This document shows, piece after piece, positions 12,901-26,677 of a stretch of 64,000 bases of DNA; position 1 is the first letter of the stretch; each line of letters begins with the position of its first letter. The notes beneath the pieces were generated by a model. It was given only the letters and a program-made list of their open reading frames with translations. It searched no databases and was not told the DNA's origin. The position numbers were made by a program, and so were the translations under genes. Location: NCBI GenBank assembly GCA_051294375.1, contig CM119267.1, positions 1,875,448 to 1,939,447 on the forward strand, written 5' to 3'. This DNA is from Paraspadella gotoi. Taxonomy: Eukaryota; Animalia; Chaetognatha.

Positions 12901-15900
12901 TCTCCAGAGCTAAAATAAGTTTCCCTTAGGAGAGGGAAGTTTGCGTGGTCGACGACCCGAAACGAAGGAACTCTGCGACTGTCGGCCATTCTGGTAAGAA
13001 CTACTGCAGGCAGGAGATGATTTCAGGTGGAAAGACACAAGGAAGACCGCGAAGTTTGAGAGTATGCCCTCTGCTCTGGAAACGGAGAGAGATTGCAAAA
13101 AAGGGGCGTGAAAAAGAAAAAAGGATCCCTAAAAAGGCTCGGGGGGGAGGAAAAGAAGCGCCAAGACACGGGTGAGAATTAATATCACAGGACAAGGATT
13201 ATTTTTCGAGTGAGAAAGGGATCGTCGTCGACCAATCAGATCAGGTCTAAACAAAACCAATCCGTCCACCAATCTTCACTCAAATATCATGTATAACGAG
13301 GAAATCTGCATCGAACTCGACTCCCGTCTACTGTCTCTCCTGTCCTAGTCCCTTTGCGTGTCTTGTCCGTCTCTTGATCTTACGATTCGGCATAAGGACG
13401 GCGGACCGGTCCCGTCCTCAACCTTAGCAAAATGTGTAAAATGATTCACCGAGGTAATTACTCGGTGTGGAAATTTGATGGATAAGATAGGAGAATTTGA
13501 ATGTATAGTTGTGGAATTGAAATTTTGTGTGGGGTAGGGAAGTGTGTGCAATTTAGAAGCTCACTGTGGATATAATTGTGAAACAGTTTAAAATAGTGGG
13601 GGAACAGAAACGAGAAAAAGAAAAATATAGGAGACTAGAATTTACTAAGATGTCAAATTTAGAACACCACAGGCAGTGAAAGGGGGATTAACTCTGCCCA
13701 TACGACTGTGGTGATTGGGTGGGCGGATCCGAACTTGAAATGTATTTGGTCGGTAGAACAGAACCAGTGTGTGATTAATCTGGAAGCAGAGAAAATACTC
13801 AAGTTTACGTATTTGGGTCATATTGTGTCTTTGACACAGGACACTGAATGAAGTACATAGAAAGAACATATCGCGCGCGCGGCGATCCTGGCCGCGAGGT
13901 GACCAGACTCGAGCTCAGACAGTGTGGTAGAAGAGGACAAAAAAAGGATTAGTTGGGGATAAGCATATGCTACCCAGAACTAATTGAGTTCAGACAATGG
14001 GTTGAAAGGAAAAATTAGGAAAGAAAGGAAAGAACAAAGGAAGAAGCGAAAGGAACCAAAGACCCAGGAACAAGCAGTAAGGAAGGAAGGATAGGCACAG
14101 CGAAGAAGGATAGGAAGAAGGCAAGGTAAATAGTGTAAGGAAGGGCAAGGTAAGGAATGGAAAGATACTAAGCGGCGAAAAAAAGCGTTAAGATATAATT
14201 TTCAGATTGCATAAACTCGCGAAAGAGACCTCGAGATGAATTATTATAGGAAGTAGAAATTTTGATTCGTCTGTTCTTTGGGGCAATTAGAGTTTTTTGA
14301 CCGCTAGTAGAAGGGATCACGGATTTATTCATCGACAATGTAGGTATTTGCCATAATGTCACACGATATGGCAAGCGGTATTTTGCCCGAAAACGTGGCA
14401 AATAATTAAATATTAATCAGAAATAATGAGGATATTCTGCCCGAAAAAAAGAATAACATATAATATTCAAAACTCACTCGCTTACATTTAATTAATTTAT
14501 GATCCCGTACTCGTTTACAAAAAATATGTAGTTGTGCAGCTCCTTTCGTGCAACGACTTCTTCACGACCTGTCTTTGTGACGTACATGCTATTCTCTCTG
14601 GATTGACACGATTCGTCTCTCGTTTTATTTTTCCCCGTTTAACTGGACAAAAATAAACCTTTTACATGATGCCAGTGAAAAAAGACTTTAGTACGTGCTG
14701 CGCTTCCGCTGATCACTACGAAAGAATAATTTTAAGGAACAACCTCGGAATGAGATTAATCCCCCGTTTTAAATAATTCGTTTTAATAGTAAACTGTACA
14801 AATCCTTTGCAACGTCGTACAATTTTGATGCGGTCCGAAGTTTTGAATATTCAAACAGACCTATTACCTAATCGTTTTAAACTCACGATGCAGTCAAAAT
14901 TTAAGACGACTCTCAATTACGAAACAGGTAGAGAGTGCCCAATAAAAAGGTGAAAAATAGGATTAAGGTGTCATACGTGGCACGACGAACCGCAGATAAG
15001 ACGAATCAGACTTACTGATATAACGACCGCACAGATAATTCTTAAACTGTATAATCGCTGGAATCAAAAGCTGTACTGGTGCCCGACAACGACAGTGAGA
15101 GTTCGTGGGGAGCCAGATCACGAGTGGCATTTGTTTGACCTCCAAACTTGTTTGTCTTCTCTGCTCTCTCGAACGTTATCCAATACACATGAAAACCATC
15201 TCTCCTTTCCTCCTACTCTCTCTCTCTCTCTCTCGTGTTCGGTGCTAAAAAAAACAACAACCACGATCTCAGCTTGATCGATAGCCGCATAGCGCGCACA
15301 CGATCGCACGACCCGCACCGACGCACGATCGATCTGGATTCATTTCTTTCCTCCCAAATTCTCGCTCCTCAAATTTTTCTTCTCGATTTTCTCAAGTCGT
15401 TTGCGGCCGTACGAACTGGAGACTGCGCGCGGGCCCGCCACCGCCCCCTCTTCGTATCTGCATCCCGGTCCGCGTCCGGTTGTTGGCAATCTGAGCTGTG
15501 AGACTTAGCTGACGACTCTGCAATGGTCCTAGCGGATAAAATCAACAATATAGCGTCTGCTCCGGTTCTTTAAATTCATTTTCAATATTCACTTCTATTT
15601 TTCGTCCAGCGATAAACAAAAATACTCTTCATCCAAAAAACACCAAAGATGCTTGTAGGAATATTCTTGGTATCACTCGGAACAACCTTTAGTTTATCGT
15701 ATACATTTCTACCGCAGCTCAATTCAGTTCTGAATATATTGTTTTTTGCTTAATTTCTTTCTTATCTGCTCTATAATATAACAAAAAAAATTTTTGTAGT
15801 CTTAGGTCTGCTCGGTGTTCTCCTTTCTGTTTTGTTTTTGAACTGGTTTCGGTATTGTTCATTATACTATTCTTCTATTTTTCCGCTGTCGCGCGGCGGA

Positions 15901-17203
15901 AAAAGAAAAAGAAAAGAAAAAGGGAAAAATATGTAAAAGAAGAGCGGAATGTTTTATTGTTCTCACCTTTAACACTGTGAGCTACAGGTGACTCAGACGA
16001 CTGTGATCCGGAAAGGGCGACGAGAATGCACTGGCGGAAAATATCGAACTTCGTCGAGACTCCGCATACCCTCTGATCCGAGTGGTTATCTCTGCTTACA
16101 ACTTCCTTCAGACGTACGAGTGTATGATCATAACACAGGAATCAGCTACTGTCATCCACATTAAGAGAAACTCTCACATGCATAATCGAAAACCACTTTC
16201 ACTTTTCGAGCGAGAGAATTCAAGTAAATTGAAATTCATGTGATTACATGTGATTCGTTTGAAGAGAGAAGACGAGAGAGCAGCAGATAGAGAGAAGCAT
16301 GAATCAGAGAATCAAGCGCAATCGAAGAAGGAGATCAGTCGCCAGAGAAGAAGGGAGAGAAAGACATAAATTAGAATCGAACGATCAAAGAACTTCGCAA
16401 CGTGTCAACGAAGGGCACGAGTAGACGACAGATCGTACAGTGACATGACAGTGAGGAGAGACGAGAGAGAGAGAGACCAAAGACACAGCAGTGACAGAGC
16501 GATTTCTTCTCATTCAATACGAGGGCAGCGAAGATTATCTTCTTGTGTGCGTCACCGTCAATAAGAAATAGCAATGATGCTAGCATCCTCTTTGCGAAGA
16601 GAGAGAGAAAGAGGACTGAGATGAGAAGAGGAAGGAAGAGAGAGGAAAGAGGAGAGAGAGAGGAGAGAGAAGAGAGTGAAAGAGAGATAGAGCAGCAGGA
16701 GAGAGATCGAGAACGAGGAGACGAGAGAGCAGACATGATGAGAACGATCGAGAGTGTTAGACGGATCGAGAGAGTGAGAGCGGGGGGGTGGCCATTGGGA
16801 TGAGAGAGGAGCGAGAGAGAACGAAAGCAGAGACCCATCGAGAGAGAGAATGAGAAGATAGGTGCATAATCTAAGCATATTGGGCTGCGTCTGGACTTTT
16901 TCCTTTTTTCTGTTTTATTTTCTTTTCTTTTCGTCCTTTCCTTTTAAGAGAGCCTTCAAGGTATTTATTTTAATTTCCGCGAAAGATGTTTATTCCCACA
17001 TTGAACAACTGTGTACATGAATAAGGCTAGTCATGTTTTGTGTGTAATGTCGAAACATTTTTCATCATGTTTATTAATATTATTAGCTTGTAAATTTGAA
17101 TTTCTTTTATTACTTTCATTTAAAAAAAAAAGCCAAAAAATTATGACGGAAAAAAAAAGAGAAAAAAAGAAAAATAAGAAAAAAAGATTTTTTGACTTTT
17201 TTA

Positions 17204-17364
17204 CAGGAATAAGTTTGATTGTTTGTGACTAAGATTTATTTATTTCAGTTTAGAAACGGACATGTTTCGGCTTTGATCACAAGCCTTCATCAGCGTTGAC
17301 AGATTTGTCCGTTTCTAAACTGAAATAAATAAATCGTTGTCACAAACAATCAAACTTATTCCTG
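17204..17364. mobile_element. Penelope-like element terminal remnant forming an inverted repeat (59-bp arms)
   Basis: Arm 17204-17262 (caggaataagtttgattgtttgtgac...gaaacggaca) is the near-perfect reverse complement of 17306-17364. The loop region holds a hammerhead core. Confidence 0.75.
17255..17297 (-). ncRNA. Minimal type I hammerhead ribozyme (Penelope-type)
   Basis: Minus strand reads AACG-CUGAUGA-A-GGCUU(GUGAUCA)AAGCC-GAAAC-AU-GUC-CGUU: intact core, stem I AACG/CGUU, stem II GGCUU/AAGCC, minimal palindromic stem III ACAUGU and a GUC cleavage triplet. Confidence 0.8.
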
Positions 17365-17419
17365 CAAATTCCTAAAGCAACGAAACGAAAGGATTACGCA
17401 ATAATGACATTTTTACAAA

Positions 17420-18727
17420 AATCGTCATCGTTTGTCACTTTTTTTGTCTTTTCCCTTTAAATGTTTTCTACGACTTAAAAGTTAAGAAAAAATTTATTAT
17501 TTTCCTCACTTTAATCTCTTTTAAAGAAAAAAAACATTGCTCATAATTAATAATAATGCATTGTAATATACATGAGAAAATCTTACCCAACCCTACTCTC
17601 TTTACTTTACCCAATGCGCTTTGGAAATGAGAGTTCAAAAACCAAGCGCCAATTTTTTTTCTTTTTTTTTTTCTTTCTTTTTTTTTTTTATTCCCTCTGT
17701 TATCATGAATTCGTGTTTCTTGAACTTTTCATGTTTTATAAAACCAGAAATGAAGTCTGTTTGTACTAGTTTCGATTCTGCATAACGAAAATCTATCATT
17801 TTCCCCCAAAAAGGAATAATAAAAAAAATTCAAAATGAATTTAATTCTTAATTTTATTCTTTTTGTGAGGTTCAGTCAGTTATATCCAGGACGCTTCAAT
17901 TCATATTCGCTACAAATGTGCAAGTAAAGATAATGCTGGAGAAAATATGCGTTAAAAATGCCGTTTTGCGTCAAAGACTAAATGCCCCCAAGGTTCAAAG
18001 GCGATGGGTCAGTTCAAAGTCAAAATAGGTCACAATCTAATTGGAAGAAGTTTCCCCACAGGGGGCAGGAGGTGAGAAAGACAGTTTTCAAACAGACAAT
18101 AAAAATTTGGAAGATATTTCCGTTGAAACAAGTTCTGTGAGCCTCAGAGACTAAAATTATTTTCATTTAATATTTGCGCTTTAAAGGAAGACAGAATTAA
18201 AAAAAAGAGAGAGGATTTTTTTTGTTTTCTTCTGCTCACCGTCAGTTTTCTCCTTGTTTTCTTTTTGTTNNNNNNNNNNNNNNNNNNNNNNNNNCTTCAA
18301 GTAACTATACAGCCGTTTATCGTGAATAAATATATTATTCCTCCATGTCTATTATCTTCTCTGGTTTTCCAAAGACGAGGAATCCGATTTTCAGCTTTCA
18401 GTCAAAAATCCACTGCAAAATCATTGGAACCTTAAACCTAAACTAATAAAATACTTGATTTACTACAGAGTTAGGAAAGTCTATTGATCTGACTCCAAGA
18501 AGTAGTCCACTGTTATACTCCCAAGTGAGAGTCTACTTCCTCTGATTAAAAAACCGATAAACACAGAAAAAAAAAAGAAATTTTCGGTTTTTAATAATGT
18601 TTTTTCTTCAAAAAAAGTGAGTCGGTTTAGATTCTTGCAACTACCAGCGCAAGATTTACGTTTAACAACTGAATTCTCTTCCTTCAAGAAACATGGTCTT
18701 CATCACAATCGCTTTTGAATCGAAAAT

Positions 18728-18794
<67 letters not shown>

Positions 18795-21700
18795 GGCGTC
18801 CCTCTTTCGTGTAAATCTTCCTTTCCAGCCACGGCTGGGCCAGTTGGGTTCCCCCGAGTTAGAGGAGGGATTGAGAGACAGGAGAGCCGAGAGAGAGAGA
18901 GGAAGAGGAGAAAGAGAGAGATAAACGACCAGACGGAGTGAAGCGAGAGAGAGAGGAAGAGAGTGGACAGACATAGAGACGATCGTACCGAGACGACGAG
19001 GAGAGAGTATGAAGGAGGACAGAGGAGAAGAAAGGAGGAGGAAATTGGAAATTATGCCAAAAGACATGAAGGTTATTCTTTCTTAGTTTTTGGATGAGTA
19101 TTTTGGCGAGGGCAAGACGATTCTGTATTCAAGGAGCAAAACAAAAACCTGACTTGTTGATGAGTGCGAGGATGGAAGATTTGATTGGAGAGCTATAAAA
19201 AACGAGTGCAAAAAATTATGGCAAAAGATATTAAGAGTTGAAAGAGGAGAAATCAACAAAATTCGCTGAGAGTCGACAGAGCAGAGAGAGCCGAACGGAG
19301 CGAGAGAGAGGAAGCAGGGACAAATAAATACACTAACTTAAATCATGTCTTCTTTCTCTACTTTCGAATCAACCTACCAATAAATTCTCAACCAACCTTT
19401 TCCGTTCTCTTCTCCTCAATCAACTCAATCAATCAATTCAATCAATCAATCCACCTCCAATCAGATCAATCACATCAAAATCAATTCACTATCCAATCCA
19501 CCGCCCCTTCACTCATATCGCCTAACTCATTTAATTTCTCTTAAAATCTCCGGCGCTCTTCATTTTTTATCGGCTTTTTCTTGTTTTTTCTTTCTCTCCC
19601 TCAGTTTCTCCTTTGTTTTAGTTTTCTCATCTTTAATTTCTTCTACTATGTGTTTTTATTTCTCTCTCAATCTTTTCCTCTTTTTTTTCCTGTTATTTAA
19701 CATGAAAATTTTTGAGCTGGTACCTCCGCACCTAACGTCGAAATGATTGCAATCAAAACACAATAGAATTAATTGAGTTCCACATTAGTCATTTTAGGCA
19801 TCGGGATAGGAATTGAATGAGCGAAGCCCCGCCGCGTCGGCAATCCGGCCTTCGACTGTCGATTGGTCCGATGAAAGCGAATTCTTTCTACGTGCTGATT
19901 CGTCCATCCATCCACCCGCCCGACCTTGAGCCTTCCTCCGAGACACCTGCTCCGACGCCCGATTGGTTTTCGAGTGATTAGCCGACTTGAAAAGAATCCG
20001 AGAAAATTCCAATTTATCTCCTAACCACCACCCCAAAAAAATAAGGAATCGAGGGACAGAATCCTTAAAACAAAAACCAAGACAGTAAGAGAAGAAAAAA
20101 CCTAACTGGAATCCTAATAGCTTGTAACAACTACCAAAACTTAATCTCCAGTTTATCGTAAGACAAATCAGAAGATTAATATGTTCGCCAGTTTGAGTGA
20201 GGTAAAATGTCGGGAGTGAATGCCTGAAAAATAAAACGGTGCACCCTCTCGTACAAGCGCCCACATCGCTTGGAGTACAAAAATAATCTTTGCCTCTTAT
20301 CATTTGTTCACAGGTCATTTGGCCAATTTCGGGCGGCGGTTGAGAAACGTTTGGGCGCGGTTCGGAAGAGACAGAGATGCCTTCATAAAAATTGGGAATG
20401 ATTGGATTATCCTGTGTGAGTTCGTCGGGATCCATGGAATCATCTCGAAATCTCATGGGGTCACTCAGATTCCATTTTCGTCCTTGGCATCGATTTTCGT
20501 CGGACTCTGTATTATTTTTGAGGGTTTAAAATATACAGAAGCTTAGAATAACAAAAAGAAGAAAAATCTGAAAAAATTAATTATTTTATATTCGGAAAAT
20601 CTTAAGTATAATGTGTGATTTACTTCTTAACGAACCAAATTGTTTGTATTCAGCACTAGTAAAATATTGGAGTAGCACGAAATCATAATTCATAAATTGA
20701 TAAAATAATCTTTATTACCGGAATTAGCGAAAAAACTTAGGCTACATTTTCTTAAAAAGAAAAGTTTAATTTTTAAAAAAATACCTTGTTAGTGTCTTGT
20801 TTTGAAATAGGTGAGTTATACTTGATTTTTTTTTTATTCATAAGATTTGTGCCAAATAGATAATAATATTATTAAGCCGAGTAGTGAAATTGTTTTAACA
20901 TACGAAAGATTTCTAATAATGATTCAAAGGTGTATGCACGACAACATACATTCCAGTGACATCAAACTTACATGTTCGTAACAAAAAAAAATTCATTATT
21001 GCTATTTTATGTCTTTTTATTTAATTCTCATTCGCAGCTAGGCCCTTACAATTCAAATACAGAATTATGTTGTACTATTCCTTAAAAATCGAAAATTTTA
21101 AATAGGCTTTTATCGTTAATTTTAAAATTTTTTGATTGCAGATTTGAATTCCTGTCAAAAGTTGGCTACACAGAAAATAATAAATCTTTATTTATTTTTT
21201 TTTTTGTACCGTTACTGTTGGTTTCAAAAATTCTTTCTCTTGTTGGATCATTAGGTAAAATTAAAAAAAAAAACTATATTTCCAACCTATACTAAAACTG
21301 TTGTCAATTTTTCAGCTTAAGATTTTAGATAGCTTTTTATTCCTTCTTAATTTGTGAATCCCTACTATATGAAGGTTACATAGCTCTTTTCAAAAAAGGT
21401 CTACTACGCTCTTATATTTTCTTTTATTCCTGCAACCTTTTCTCGCTTTCTCGCTTTTAATTGCTCATCTCTCGAATCCTAAATCCCGTGCCGTGCCAAA
21501 AAATAATCCCATTCTTTAAAAACGAACTGTTTTCTTTTGACTCATACTCTTCTCGTTTCAGATCCACATCTTAGTGGTATTCTGGCTCTGCTCTTCCTAG
21601 ACATCATCGACATCCTGTAGTTATATTTCTCTCTCTCTTACTTACTCCGTAATCATACTACTATTGTGCTCTCTCTCTGCTTGTCTCTCTCTCCTAGCGA

Positions 21701-22400
21701 CAATCCTCATCTCTTCGTGTTCTTATCATAGGCCGTAAATTTTGAAAAATTATTAATAAGTTTTATATATCACACTATTTGTTTTCTTTTTTAGATTTTA
21801 TAATTGTCTCTGTTCTTTATCCTTTTTTCTCTAGAATTGTCTATATCTATTTTAATATATTTTTTAAGTTATAGATTTAGATATTTTCTATCTACTCACA
21901 AAGTCAAAGTTTCTGTGTACTGTTATATCTCATTTTAAAAGAGACGAAAACATTAAACTCAAAATGTGGAGAATCGAATGGAACCGAAATGGAATCAAGT
22001 AGGAAAATTCTACCCACCTTGTGCTCTGATTACGCACTCTCACTGATACAAATGTGATGTAATGCGTCATATAAAAAGAAGCGAGTAGGAAATTTTTTGT
22101 TTAAAGTAAGTGTCATTCTGCTAATGCGTCGAAGATCAGGGATCTGCGTCAGTACTCGATCTTATCTACTCACTCTGTCACTCGTGTTACTTTCTCTCCT
22201 TTACTTGTTCTTGTTTCTTTTTGAGAAAACTCAATACTAATGAAAGTCAACTTATCTACCTTGATTTTTATTCTTATTTTCTTTAACTCGATTCCTAATG
22301 AAAAAAGATTTACGGGCACAAATGAAATATCGAATTATAACCATAATCATCCAGAATAAGAAAAGTATATATCATTACTCCTCCAGTGAATTAGGAATAC
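17420..22400 (+). repeat. Copy 2 of the ~5 kb direct duplication
   Basis: Same anchors as 4920-9900. Deletion-rich in the first part and insertion-rich in the second part. Confidence 0.75.
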
Positions 22401-22429
22401 CTGAAACCAGCTAAACATATTGAGACCTT

Positions 22430-23460
22430 GAGACTCTTCTCTCTCATCTTTTCCTCTTTTTTTTCCTGTTATTTTAAATGAATTTTTGCGTCGAAATCTC
22501 GAGAGAAAAGAAAATTGAGATGAGATGAATGGAAGCCGCCGTCGCTCGACGCCGATTGGTCCGATGAGCGAATTCTTTTCTCGATGCTGATTGGTCCAAT
22601 CGACGCCGCCTCCTCTCGACGCTCGACGCCGATTGGTCGAGAATCCTTTCTCCCCCCCAAAAAAATAAGGAATCGAGGGGAATCTAAACAAACAAGATGA
22701 TCGAAAGGTAAACAAACAAACTATAGAAATGATAATTTAAGAAAGTGGAAAAGGAAATGCTGAAAAAAAGGTGACTTTTAGAAGGCGGCTGGGGGGTTGA
22801 GAAAGTTTGGGGTCTGGAAGAGACAGAGATGCTAAAGGGGATGGGATCTTGAGATTCGTCGGGTCCATGGATCATCTCGAAATTCTCTCGGGGCGTCGGA
22901 CCTGATTTTTTGGGGGTTGAAAAAACAGAAGCAAAAAAATCTGAAAAATTAATTATTTTATATTCGGAAAAATCTTTAAGTATAATGTGTTTACTTTCTT
23001 TAAGAACAAATTGTTGTATTCAGCACGTAAAATATGGCATACACACAATCATAATTCATAAATTGAAATAATATTACAATACAAAACTTGCTTTTACAGA
23101 AAGGTTTATCTGTTTTGAAAAGTTATTCGATTTAGATTTTCATGTATATATCTCATTAAAAGAGAAACATAAACTCAAAATATGGAATCGAATGGAACAG
23201 AAATGGAATCAAGCTCTCTCTTTGGTCGAGACCCGAATGAAATCGGCTAATAGGCGGATGGGTTTCCATCCGCTAGGAAATTCTACCCACTTTTCTGATC
23301 CACTTGTATTGTATAAATAGCAGTAGATTTTGTATAGGATTATTCTGTCTAATGGTCAGCGACCAGTCTCTCTCTCTCTCTCACTCTTTCTCTTTCTCTC
23401 TCTCTTTACTTGTTTTTGTTCTTCTTCTTCCTCATCATAAAAGTCAACTTTTTTCTTTTT
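22430..23460 (+). repeat. ~1 kb dispersed repeat with several GATTGG (CCAAT) boxes; related copies at ~8000-8750, ~19680-20750 and ~26920-28000
   Basis: Shared motifs gacgccgattggtccgatgagcgaat, aaataaggaat...ggggaatctaa, gggatcttgagattcgtcgggtcc and gaaaaattaattattttatattcgg. Confidence 0.8.
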
Positions 23461-23463
23461 TTT

Positions 23464-24000
23464 GTGGGAGATGAGGAGGGAGAGAAGAGAGAGAGACAGA
23501 GAGAGACGAGAAAAGAGAGAGAGAGATGAATGAGAGAGAGAGAGGAAAAGAAGAGACAGAGAGAGAGGAAAGAGAGATTTAGATAGAGATGAGAAAGAGA
23601 GAGAGAGAGAGAGGAGAGAGAGAGATGAGAGAGCGAGACAACCATCGATTGAACTCAATGTAATCATTTAATGAACATTCACTTGGACGTGATAAACATT
23701 CATAAACCACCGTTTTATTTCGAATAATGAGACAGCGAAACCCTCGTTTCGTTTAACTTGTCTTGCCTTACTTTTCGTCGTCATTTATCGTCGTATATGT
23801 CGTCGTCATCTTAATCTAATTTCACAATTTTAATGACTTTAATGATTCATTATGAATTAACATCATTCAAAACTTAATTAAAAACATTTTTTTTTTTGTT
23901 CAAAATATTTTTTTAATTGTTTTTGTGACTTCTTTTATTCTTTCTTTCTTTCTTTCTTTCCTTTCTTTCTTCTTTTCTCTTTCTTTCTCTTTTCTTTTTT

Positions 24001-24032
<32 letters not shown>

Positions 24033-24130
24033 GTCTTTCTTCTTTTTCATTCTTTCTTTCTTTCCATCTCTCATTTTCCCCTCAGACTTTCTCAGTATTC
24101 CAGATCCAACGTTTTTGAGAATTTTTGCTC

Positions 24131-24161
<31 letters not shown>

Positions 24162-25194
24162 GAAATATTTTGGATTAAGTTTCACAAAAATTTTCACACC
24201 GAAAATAATGTAGGAGTAAAATTTGCTGGAAGGAAACTGGAACGCAAGATGTAGAAAGTAACCGTGCAGTGTTTATTGTGAATTGGATAAATGGAAGGAA
24301 AGGTGAGGATGGGTAGGAGACTGACTGTGAGACCACTTGTACTGTTGGCTGAGTCAAGCTCAGTCTAGTAAAAGCGTGAATGTGAAAAAATTTCAGTCAA
24401 AATTCAATAAAGAAAAAAAAAAACGGAGCTAAATCGTTTCTCTCGCCATCGAGACGTCGTCGTCGTCGTCGGTCGTCGTCGTACTCTTAGTGCGACGCCT
24501 CCTCCATCTTCCTCAACTTTCGTCGCCATGACAACCCAATTTGCGAACCTCGTCTGGGCGCCGTTCTCTTTAAAAGAGGGAAGAAAGATAGTAGGAAGGA
24601 AAGGAACAGAGAGGGGAAGGAAGGAAGGAGGAAAGGAGAGAGGGAAGAGAAGGAAGGGAGGAAGGAAAGAGAGGAGGAAGGAAAGGGAAGGGAGGGAAAG
24701 GAAAGACGAGGGGAAAGAAGGAAGGGAGGAAAAGGAAAAGAGAGGAGGAAGCGAAGGAAGGGAGGAAAGGAAGACGAGGGGAAAGAAGGAAGGTGAGGAA
24801 AGGAAGAGAGGAGGAAAAAGGAGCAGGGAGGAAGAAAGAGAGGAGGAAAAGAGGAAGGGAGGAAAGGAAAGGGGAAAAGAGGGGGAAAGAAGGAAGGGAG
24901 GAAAAGAAAGAGAGGAGGAAAGGAAGATGGAAGGAAAGCGAAATAGAGGGAAGGAAGGAAGGAGGAAAGGAATGGAAAAGCAGAAAGAAACAAGGAAATG
25001 TTTTCAATTTGTAAAATAAAACTATAAATACGATCCGTCATCTAATTTTAAGATGAACCATTTCGTTTCTCTCTATTCTCTCTCTCTCTCTTTTTTGATC
25101 AAGACAACGGATGATCGGACTTAATCCCATGGGGATTTCTTCTTGCTTAAAGTACCATAAGCGATGCGTGAACAAATCGTCCACCTCTCTCTCG

Positions 25195-25247
<53 letters not shown>

Positions 25248-26677
25248 TCTCTCTCTCCTCTCCTGCTTTCCCGTAACCATCCCCGAAAACGATAGCTCCC
25301 TCTGATTGGTCAGGCCCTCGCTTTTCCTCGCTTCTGATTGCCGACAAAAAAAAAAGATAAAAAACGCTCTTAGGTTTAGGATTCTCGTGAGGACGACCAG
25401 ATATACGCGTTAGTCTGTCGGAAGGTCCGTGTTCTGTCGTCCGTTTTCGGTCCGTCTCTCAGTCGGTTAAATGTGTCTGTCGGTTGGGTCGGCTGGTGGT
25501 TTTCGGTCGGTCCGTCTGTATGTGTATATGTTTGTGGTTTTTGTTCTTTTCTCTTCTCCCTACAAACGCTGATGAGCGGAATTTATTGCCAGAGAGCGTC
25601 ACCTCAACTCAGTAATAAATATCGACTTCTTGACCTGACCAATCATCAAATCGTTGAGTCTTAATTAACAAATCAATACTGAGCATCTTGACCATCTGAT
25701 TGACCAAATCAGCGGAATCTCGTCAACGTCTTAATTCGAGTCGACGGAAAGTCGTCTAAATCGTCGTCGTAGTCAGTCGTCGATCGTCACGGCAGTCTGA
25801 TTGGTCGATGGATGGTATTTCGTCGAAATCTATTATTGGCTAATCGGTGGTTCATCGTCAGAATCTAATTGGCGGATTTATTGACTTCATTGACTCTCTC
25901 ATTGGCCTGATCTCTCGGCGAAGTTAAGAATTCGAAATTCGCCCCAAATTTTTGAAACGATGACGAATTCAGTTCTGGTTGGAGTCGTCGTCGTCTTCAG
26001 CTGTCGTTTTGTGTGTAGTGTTGTTGTTGTTTTCGTTGCGTTGTTGTGTGCTGATTGAAATCTCATTGTGAGAAAGAGAAAGGAAAAAAAAAAAGTTTTG
26101 GCGAATTTCGAAAAAGATCTCGGAGGGGGTGAGGGGAGACGAGAGAGAGCAGGAAGAGGAGAGAGACGAGAGAGAGAGAGACGAGAGAGATGAGCAGAAG
26201 AGAGAGAGACAGGGCGAAGAGGGGGCCGAAGAGAAAATGCCGTCACACTGAACGAAAGAATGACGTCAGATTTATGGTGGATCGCATCACCATGACGGAC
26301 CGACAGGATGGGAGCAAAACTACCCGAGAAGGAGGAGTGAAGGGAGGCGGGAGGGAGGGGGAAAGGAAGAATAGGGAGGAAGGAAGGTGAAGGTTGAGGG
26401 AGAAGGAAGGGGAGAGGGTAGCGATTAGCGAAATAGGAAAAGAGGAAAAAGGAAAAAAAGGGGAAAAAAGGGAAAAAGGAAAAAGGGAGGGTTGTAGAGG
26501 TCAATGGGTTTGCAAGCGATAGTTTTTGCAAAGTCAGGTGGCCGGTATGCACAACAAGCAGGCGAGGAGGAGCAGGAAGGAGGAGTAGGAGGAGGCAGAG
26601 AGAAGAATATCGGATGCAGGATATAAATCGAATGATTTGGCGAAATTTTTCATGGCATCGAAGTTAAAAGAAAAGAA
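23464..26677 (+). repeat. Left arm of a ~3.2 kb inverted duplication
   Basis: ORFs 25899-26552(-) and 28134-28787(+) translate identically, as do 25473-25664(+) and 29022-29213(-). Coordinates sum to 54686, placing the axis at ~27343. Confidence 0.95.
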
